Below, in pieces: positions 57,581 to 64,000 of a DNA stretch of 64,000 nucleotides (position 1 is its first letter; each line of letters starts with the position of its first letter). The DNA lies in NCBI GenBank assembly GCA_965203055.1, contig OZ241863.1, forward strand, positions 960,001 through 1,024,000, read 5' to 3'. Below the pieces are notes generated by a model. It was not told the DNA's origin and did no database searches. It worked only from the letters and a program-made list of their open reading frames with translations. This stretch comes from Spirochaetia bacterium. GTDB taxonomy: Bacteria > Spirochaetota > Spirochaetia > SZUA-6 > Bin103. A program made the position numbers and the translations under genes.

Positions 57581-59014
57581 GTGCAGGCCGTGATTCGTGT
57601 CGATCCGCGCCTCGGCATGCACGCGCCCGCCGAGGCTGACGACCGCGGCGCCGCGCGGGAGGCCTTGCGGCAGCGGTTCAGTGACCGCCTGATCGTGCGG
57701 CGCGATCTGAATCGCCGCTTGGTGTCGTACCAGGCGAACAAGGAGCAGCCCGGGCTGCGCTGGTTCAAGTACAAGGAGGGGTTCTCCTCGGAGCTGGTCC
57801 GCGACGCGCTGCGCGCCGGCCCCGGCCCCGTGTTGGATCCATTCGCCGGCATCGGCACCGCGGTGCTGGTCGCCGGAGCGGCGCGCCGCCCCGCCACCGG
57901 CATCGAGATCATGCCGGTCGGCGCGCGGGCTGCCCGCGCCATCGCCCTGGCGGCCCAACTGTCCGGCGGCGACCGGTTCGAACGCGCGGCACGCGGGCTG
58001 CTGGAGGCGCTCGGCGGCCGGGATGCCGATCCGGCGTTCCGCTTTCCGCATGTCCCGATCACCGCGCGGGCATTCCCGCCGGAGACCGAGGATGCCATCG
58101 CCAAGGCGAGAGCCTTTCTGGATCGGTTGGAGGAAGGGCCGATCCGGCTGCTCCTCGACGTCGCCTGCATGAGCGTCCTGGAAGAGGTGAGCTACACGCG
58201 CAAGGACGGGCAGTACCTGCGTTGGGACCTGCGGTGCGGGCGCGCGTTGCGCAGCGGCATGCACAAGGGGCCGATCCCCGGCTATGCCGAAGCGCTGGCC
58301 CGCCGCATCCGCGAGATGCTGCACGACGCGCCCCTGCTCGCGCAACGCTACCGCGGCCCTGCGCCGCGCATCATCGAAGGCTCCGTCCTGCGGGAGCTGC
58401 CGCGGCTTGCCGGCGGTTCGGTGGGCTTGACCGTCACCTCGCCGCCCTATGCCAATCGCTACGATTACACGCGCACCTATGCGCTGGAACTGGCATGGCT
58501 CGGCTACGACCGAACCGCGTTCGGGCAGTTGCGGCAGGAGTTGATAAGCTCGACCGTCGAAAATCGGTCCAAGGAAGCGCTGCTCACCCGCGAGTACCCG
58601 CGCCCGGAGGTGCTGGCGCAGGCCCGCGCCGCGCTCGACTCGCAGGCGGCGCTCGCCGAAGTGCTGGATGCCCTGCGCGCGCGGCAGGCCGAGCTGAGCA
58701 ACCCGCACGTCATTCGTCTGGTCGCCAACTACTGCTGCGAGATGGCGGTGGTGATCGCCGAGTTGGCGCGCATCACCCGGCCCGGCGGCTGGGTAATCAT
58801 GGTCAATGACAACGTTCAGTACCACGGCGAGGAGGTACCGGTAGACCTGATCCTGGCGGACATAGCGGAGCAGTGCGGGTTCTCCTGCGAGGAGATCAGC
58901 GTGCTGCCGCGCGGCAAGGGCAACGCCAGCCAGCAGATGGGCCGCTTCGGCCGCCGCGAACTCCGTAAATGCGTCTACCGTTGGCGGCGGACCGGGAGCG
59001 GACCCGATGGTTGA
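57581..59014 (+). CDS. Type II DNA methyltransferase, probable N4-cytosine, alpha-type motif order
   Basis: WFKYKEGFS, LDPFAGIGT (motif I) precedes TSPPY (motif IV). Confidence 0.9.
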   Translation: MQAVIRVDPRLGMHAPAEADDRGAAREALRQRFSDRLIVRRDLNRRLVSYQANKEQPGLRWFKYKEGFSSELVRDALRAGPGPVLDPFAGIGTAVLVAGAARRPATGIEIMPVGARAARAIALAAQLSGGDRFERAARGLLEALGGRDADPAFRFPHVPITARAFPPETEDAIAKARAFLDRLEEGPIRLLLDVACMSVLEEVSYTRKDGQYLRWDLRCGRALRSGMHKGPIPGYAEALARRIREMLHDAPLLAQRYRGPAPRIIEGSVLRELPRLAGGSVGLTVTSPPYANRYDYTRTYALELAWLGYDRTAFGQLRQELISSTVENRSKEALLTREYPRPEVLAQARAALDSQAALAEVLDALRARQAELSNPHVIRLVANYCCEMAVVIAELARITRPGGWVIMVNDNVQYHGEEVPVDLILADIAEQCGFSCEEISVLPRGKGNASQQMGRFGRRELRKCVYRWRRTGSGPDG

Positions 59015-59941
59015 ACGTGGCCGCATGCAGGACGCTATCGCCCGTGCCCGCAAGATCGCCGGGCGAATTGCGAAGGGAGAGGATCTGCGAATACGCGCGG
59101 AGATCGAGCGATTCGGACGTGAACTCGATTATACCGATCGAACTTCACTGTGTGTTGCAGAGGACGCTTGGCGGTACGTAACTGGCGCAGGCATCGAGCC
59201 ACGTTTGGTCTTCGCCCATCCGGAGCTTCTCAAGACCATACCCAACGCCTCCCTGCACTACCGGGGCATCGCGCTGCTCTCGCGCAAGCGAGTTCAGGAA
59301 ATCGCCGGATCGATCGACAACTGGGAGCGACAACCCCCGACCGCCCGAGTCAGCGATTCGAAGGCGTTGAAGGTATGCCGTCTGTATAACGCGGTCATCA
59401 GTTCGCTGATCGTAGATCACACCGAGTGGACGGTGGATGACGGCTATCGGAACATTCTCGCGACCATGGGCATCACCGAAGACGGCGCCATCCGCAACAT
59501 CATCGGACAGGAGGCTGAGCTGGCGATCAAGAAGCGCTCGTCGACTGGGTACGATCTCAAGGATTGCTGGTCAACTCTGACGAATCCCGCGATGAATGGG
59601 AGTTGACCGACGGAATCCGTATGTTATTTGGCTCCGAACCCGACATCGGATTCGAGAAGAACGGGAAATGGGCCGTGATCATCGAAGTGAAGGGCGGTAA
59701 GGATCCAGCAGGAGCGTTGGAACGACTCGGCGCTATCAAGAAGACGTTCGACGAGGCGCCGGTCGATTGCAAGAGCTTCCTCATCGTCGGCGTCGTTACT
59801 GCGACGATGCGCTCCAGACTCCGCGAGATGCGCATGGAAAAGGATTTCGACATAGATCGGTTACTCGACGATGAGCGCGAATGGACTATCTTCATGAACG
59901 AAATCTTCCATCACGGACTGCGAATAACACCGGAGGTATAA
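59007..59941 (+). pseudogene. Type II restriction endonuclease (XcyI/BsoBI-like), split by a frameshift near 59537
   Basis: RNIIGQ.AE in ORF1; FGSEPD and IEVKGGKDPAGALER in ORF2; adding one base restores KRLVDWVRSQGLL. Confidence 0.78.
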
Positions 59942-60053
59942 TCGCCGCCTCTCGGATTATCTACCGGCCGACGTACAATGAGCGCAAATGCGGCGACTGG
60001 GATCGGTCGATCGGCGAGGATTACTTGATGAGCGCGACAGAGAGACCGCGGTT

Positions 60054-63000
60054 ATGAGCAAGCGTAAGCGGCGGCGGGCGGCGCGGCGCGCGCCGCCTCC
60101 GCCGCCGGAGAGTATTCAGCTCGGGAGTCTGGCGCGGCGCCGCCTGGCCGACTCCAGCGCGCTGCAGACGCTGCTGCGGAAGGTCGCGGCGCAGGAGTTG
60201 CCGGCGGCGGTCGAGGGGGTGCACGGCAGCTTTGCCGCGTTGCTGCTGCATTGGCTGCGCGAGCCGGCCGCGGGGCCGCTGCTGGTGGTGACGCCGACGG
60301 AGCAGGAGGCCGATTCGCTGGTCGGCGACCTGCGCCTGTTTGCCGGCCCGCCCGACGCCGAGCGGCCCGGCGGCGGCGACCGCGTGCGGCGCTTCCCCTG
60401 GTGGGGGCTGCTGCCCTATTCCAACGTCGCGCCGCTGCCGACGGTGTTCGGCGAGCGCGCCGGCGCGCTCGCCGAGCTGGCCACCGCGCCCGACGCCATC
60501 GACGTGGTGGTCACTTCCCTGCGCGCCCTGGTCACCCCGGTGCCGCCGGCGGACTACCTGGCCGGGCGGGTGCTGCAACTGGCGGTCGGGAGCGACCTCG
60601 ATCCGGTCGCGGTGGAGGAGCAGCTCGTCAGCTTCGGCTACGTGCGCGTGCCGCGCGTGTCGATCCACGGCGAGTTCTCGGTGAAGGGCGAGGTGATCGA
60701 CATCTATCCCTACGCCCGCGAGCACGCCGTGCGCGCGGTGCTGGAGTTCGACGCCGTCGAGGACCTGCGCGAGTTCGAGCCGGCCACCCAGCGTTCGGTG
60801 GCGGCGCTGGAGCGGGCCGCGGTCTACCCCGCGCGCGAGGTGCGGGTGGCCGGCGAGGAGCTGGAGACGCTGGCGGCCAACCTGGAGCGGGCGCGCCTGC
60901 CGCAGGAGTCGCGCGAGCTGTTCCTGGAGGCGCTGCGGCGCGACCCCGATGCGCGCGGCGCCGAACTGTTCTTTCCCCTGTGCTTCGAGCAGCCGGCGAC
61001 CCTGCCGGAGATTCTGCCGGCCAACGTACTGCTGGTGCTGGCCGGAGAGGAGCGCCTGGCTTCCACCTTCGCCGCGGTGCGCAAGGAGTACTACGAGTTG
61101 CACCGGCAGGCGGCGGCCGCGGGCCACTTCGGGCCATTGCCCAAGGAGTTCCTGCTCGACTACGCGCGCCTGCTCCGCGACTGCCCGCGGCGGGTGGCGC
61201 TGCACGAGTTGGCGCCCGCCCGCCGCGGCCCGGTCGCCGAACCCGCGCCGGCGCGCCTGCGGCTGGCGTGCGAACCGCCGCGCTCCTTCTTCGGCAACAT
61301 TCCCTACTTCCGCGACGAAGTGGCGCGGCTCTTGGGCAACGGCAACGACATCGTGATCTTCGCCGTGTACGAGCACCAGGCGCAGCGGGTGCAGGCGCTG
61401 CTCGGCGAGGCGGCGCGCGACAGCCGGGTGCGCGTCGTGCCGCAGAGCATCCGCGCCGGGTTCGCGCTGCCGGAGGCGAAGATCGTCGTCATCCAGGAAA
61501 ACGAGATCTTCGGCCGCAAGCGGCGCCTGCCGCCGGCCGCCGCCCGGGTGCAGAGCGAAGCGATCGACTCGTTCGTCGACCTGACCGCCGGCGATTACGT
61601 GGTCCACGTCAACTACGGGATTGGCCGCTATCACGGACTGGAACGGATGCGCGTGCTGGGCAATGAACGCGACTACATCGATCTGGAGTTCGGCGGCGAG
61701 GAGCACGTCTACCTGCCGATCGAGCAGGTCAACCTGATCCAACGCTACGTGGGCAAAGAAGGGCGGACGCCGAAGCTGGACCGCATCGGCGGCAAGGCCT
61801 GGGACGCGCGCAAGGCGAAGGTGCGCAAGTCGGTGGAGGAGTTGGCCGAGCGCCTGGTGCGGCTGTACGCCCGGCGCAAGCAGGCGCAGGGCACCGCCTT
61901 CGAATCCGATACCGACTGGCAGGCGCAGTTCGAGGCCGGCTTCCCCTTCCAGGAGACCGAGGATCAGATCCGCTGCATCGAGGAGGTGAAGGCCGACATG
62001 GAGGCGCCGAGTCCGATGGACCGGCTGGTGTGCGGCGACGTCGGCTTCGGCAAGACCGAGGTGGCGCTGCGGGCGGCGTTCAAGGCGGTAATGGGCGGCC
62101 GGCAGGTGGCCGTGCTGACCCCCACCACGATCCTTGCCGAGCAGCACTTCGAGACCTTCAGCGAGCGCTTCGGCGCGTTTCCGGCGCGGGTGGAGATGCT
62201 GTCGCGGTTTCGCAGCAAGCAGGAACAGCGCGCGGTAGTGGCCGCGGTCGCGGGCGGCGCGGTGGACGTAGTGGTCGGCACCCACCGCCTGATTCAGAAG
62301 GACGTCAAGTTCAAGAACCTCGGGCTGCTGGTCATCGACGAAGAACAGCGCTTCGGGGTCAAGCACAAGGAGCGTCTCAAGGAGCTGAAGACCAACATCG
62401 ACTGCCTCACCCTCACCGCCACGCCCATTCCACGCACCCTGCACATGTCGTTGACCAGGATCCGCGACATGTCGATCATCACCACCCCGCCGCAGAACCG
62501 GCTGCCGATCGAGACCTTCATCCAGGAGTTCGACGAGGAGCTGGTGGCCGACGCGGTGCGCAAGGAACTGGCGCGCCGCGGTCAGGTCTTCTATCTGCAC
62601 AATCGGGTGCGCTCGATTCAGGAGGTGCGCGGCTTTCTGACCCGGCTGCTGCCCGAGGCGAGCATCGACTTCGCCCACGGGCAGATGGATGAGCGCGAGT
62701 TGGAAGACGTGATGCACCGCTTCGTCGGCGGCGAATTCGAGGTGCTGGTGGCCACCGCCATCATCGAGAACGGGCTGGACATTCCCAACGTCAACACCAT
62801 CGTCATCGACCGCGCCGACATGTTCGGCATCGCTCAGCTCTACCAGCTGCGCGGGCGGGTGGGGCGCTCCGACAAGCCGGCGTACGCCTACCTGTTCTAT
62901 CCCAAGGAGCGCGCCTTGAGCGAGCTGGCCATGAAGCGCCTGCGCATCATCTCCGACTTCACCGATCTGGGAGCCGGCTTCAAGGTAGCGATGAAGGACC

Positions 63001-63590
63001 TGGAGGTGCGCGGCGCCGGCAACCTGCTCGGCGGCGAGCAGAGCGGCGACATCCTGGCGGTGGGCTACGACCTGTACGTGCGCCTCCTCGAGCAGGCGGT
63101 GGCGGCGCTGAACGCGGACGGCAAGGGCCGCGGCGTCGACCTGGAGACGCCTGACGTCTATCTGGAGCTGGAATACTCCGGCTACATCCCGGACGACTAC
63201 ATAGCGGAGCCGGTGGTGAAGATGGAGGTCTACAAGAAGATTTCCGCGGTAACCAGCGCCGCCGAGCTGGAGCAGGTCCACGGCGAGCTGACCGACCGCT
63301 TCGGGCCGCTGCCGGACGTGGTGCTGAGCCTGCTGTCGATCGCCGAGATTCGCATCGCCTGCCGCCGGCTGGCGGTGTCCTCGCTGCGCGAGCGGCGCGG
63401 CGTGGTACGGGTGGAGTTCGCGCGCATGCAGCAGGTGTCGGTGGACAAGGTAATGCGCGTGCTGGCCGACAGCAACGGCAGCGTGCGCCTGGACTCGGCG
63501 CGGCCCAATTGCCTGCTGATCGATACCGGCGGCATCGGCCTGCGCGAGAAGTCGGAGTTCCTCAGCGAAAAGCTCGGCGCGCTGGGGTGA
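60054..63590 (+). CDS. mfd: Transcription-repair coupling factor
   Basis: VVHVNYGIG, DRLVCGDVGFGKTE, IDEEQRFG, TATPIPRTL, QLRGRVGRS, DLEVRGAGNLLG. Confidence 0.98.
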   Translation: MSKRKRRRAARRAPPPPPESIQLGSLARRRLADSSALQTLLRKVAAQELPAAVEGVHGSFAALLLHWLREPAAGPLLVVTPTEQEADSLVGDLRLFAGPPDAERPGGGDRVRRFPWWGLLPYSNVAPLPTVFGERAGALAELATAPDAIDVVVTSLRALVTPVPPADYLAGRVLQLAVGSDLDPVAVEEQLVSFGYVRVPRVSIHGEFSVKGEVIDIYPYAREHAVRAVLEFDAVEDLREFEPATQRSVAALERAAVYPAREVRVAGEELETLAANLERARLPQESRELFLEALRRDPDARGAELFFPLCFEQPATLPEILPANVLLVLAGEERLASTFAAVRKEYYELHRQAAAAGHFGPLPKEFLLDYARLLRDCPRRVALHELAPARRGPVAEPAPARLRLACEPPRSFFGNIPYFRDEVARLLGNGNDIVIFAVYEHQAQRVQALLGEAARDSRVRVVPQSIRAGFALPEAKIVVIQENEIFGRKRRLPPAAARVQSEAIDSFVDLTAGDYVVHVNYGIGRYHGLERMRVLGNERDYIDLEFGGEEHVYLPIEQVNLIQRYVGKEGRTPKLDRIGGKAWDARKAKVRKSVEELAERLVRLYARRKQAQGTAFESDTDWQAQFEAGFPFQETEDQIRCIEEVKADMEAPSPMDRLVCGDVGFGKTEVALRAAFKAVMGGRQVAVLTPTTILAEQHFETFSERFGAFPARVEMLSRFRSKQEQRAVVAAVAGGAVDVVVGTHRLIQKDVKFKNLGLLVIDEEQRFGVKHKERLKELKTNIDCLTLTATPIPRTLHMSLTRIRDMSIITTPPQNRLPIETFIQEFDEELVADAVRKELARRGQVFYLHNRVRSIQEVRGFLTRLLPEASIDFAHGQMDERELEDVMHRFVGGEFEVLVATAIIENGLDIPNVNTIVIDRADMFGIAQLYQLRGRVGRSDKPAYAYLFYPKERALSELAMKRLRIISDFTDLGAGFKVAMKDLEVRGAGNLLGGEQSGDILAVGYDLYVRLLEQAVAALNADGKGRGVDLETPDVYLELEYSGYIPDDYIAEPVVKMEVYKKISAVTSAAELEQVHGELTDRFGPLPDVVLSLLSIAEIRIACRRLAVSSLRERRGVVRVEFARMQQVSVDKVMRVLADSNGSVRLDSARPNCLLIDTGGIGLREKSEFLSEKLGALG

Positions 63591-63651
63591 CGAAACGACT
63601 GAATGCGGCGCGCGGTTGATTATCTGTTCGGGTTAAGGCGACACTGCGTCC

Positions 63652-64000
63652 ATGGCGGTTATGGAGGCGGCGCCGCCGGCTCATCGCGGGCAGTTCATCG
63701 GCGGCGTGGCGCAGGCGCTGTTCGTCCCGGAGCGCGCGTTTGCGGCCCACGCGACTCCGGTGTTCTCGCTGTTCGCGCTGGTCACGCTGCTGGCGCTCGC
63801 CACCGCCGCCGGCGAGGCGATGATCCTCTGGCAGCTCCGGGCTCCGGCGCTCCGCCAGATCGCCCTGGTCGAGGCGCGCCACGCCGCCGAGCAGCGCTCG
63901 CTGTCGCTCGCCGACGCGGAGGACGTGGAGCGCCGCCAGACCGCCGAGTACCGCCGCCTTACCGCCCCGGCCGGCGCCGCGGCCAAGACCGCGCGCGTCC
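63652..64000 (+). CDS. Membrane protein, possibly Yip1-like (3'-partial)
   Basis: Manual translation MAVMEAAPP...QALFVPERAF...LFALVTLLAL; open to window end. Confidence 0.5.
   Translation, partial: MAVMEAAPPAHRGQFIGGVAQALFVPERAFAAHATPVFSLFALVTLLALATAAGEAMILWQLRAPALRQIALVEARHAAEQRSLSLADAEDVERRQTAEYRRLTAPAGAAAKTARV

Noticed and set aside
60021..63281. 1086-aa antisense ORF opposite mfd, and similar long shadow ORFs (e.g. 3932-6280, 20219-21982, 56477-59053)
   Set aside because: Expected from stop-codon scarcity and codon bias in high-GC DNA; no recognisable motifs; the opposite strand carries clear genes.

Overview
High-GC bacterial chromosome segment (roughly 70% GC by eye, with lower-GC blocks). 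Binding-protein leaders of the 'FASGEEE/WAAGGEE' type, a Gx transporter after metK and several Uma2, PhyH and restriction-modification genes suggest a Spirochaetota lineage, possibly host- or sponge-associated; this is inference only. The window holds a branched-chain amino-acid ABC operon, pepF, several sugar oxidoreductases and three sugar/oligosaccharide ABC importers. It also holds a probable complete D-apiose transketolase pathway (apsI, aplK, aptAB) with a divergent DeoR regulator and nucleoside hydrolase, plus tRNA-Gln(CTG), an atypical murA, metK and mfd. Defence-related loci are scattered through it: an orphan DrmMI/type IIG-like methyltransferase with Uma2, a Uma2 + N4-C methyltransferase + frameshifted restriction enzyme, and a coupled Schlafen(AlbA_2)-HATPase + ParA-like pair. 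A decayed island (8.8-10.6 kb) carries an HNH pseudogene with a 42-bp-periodic array of 14-bp palindromes, flanked by hsdS and methyltransferase relics. All family calls come from reading motifs; no database searches were run.
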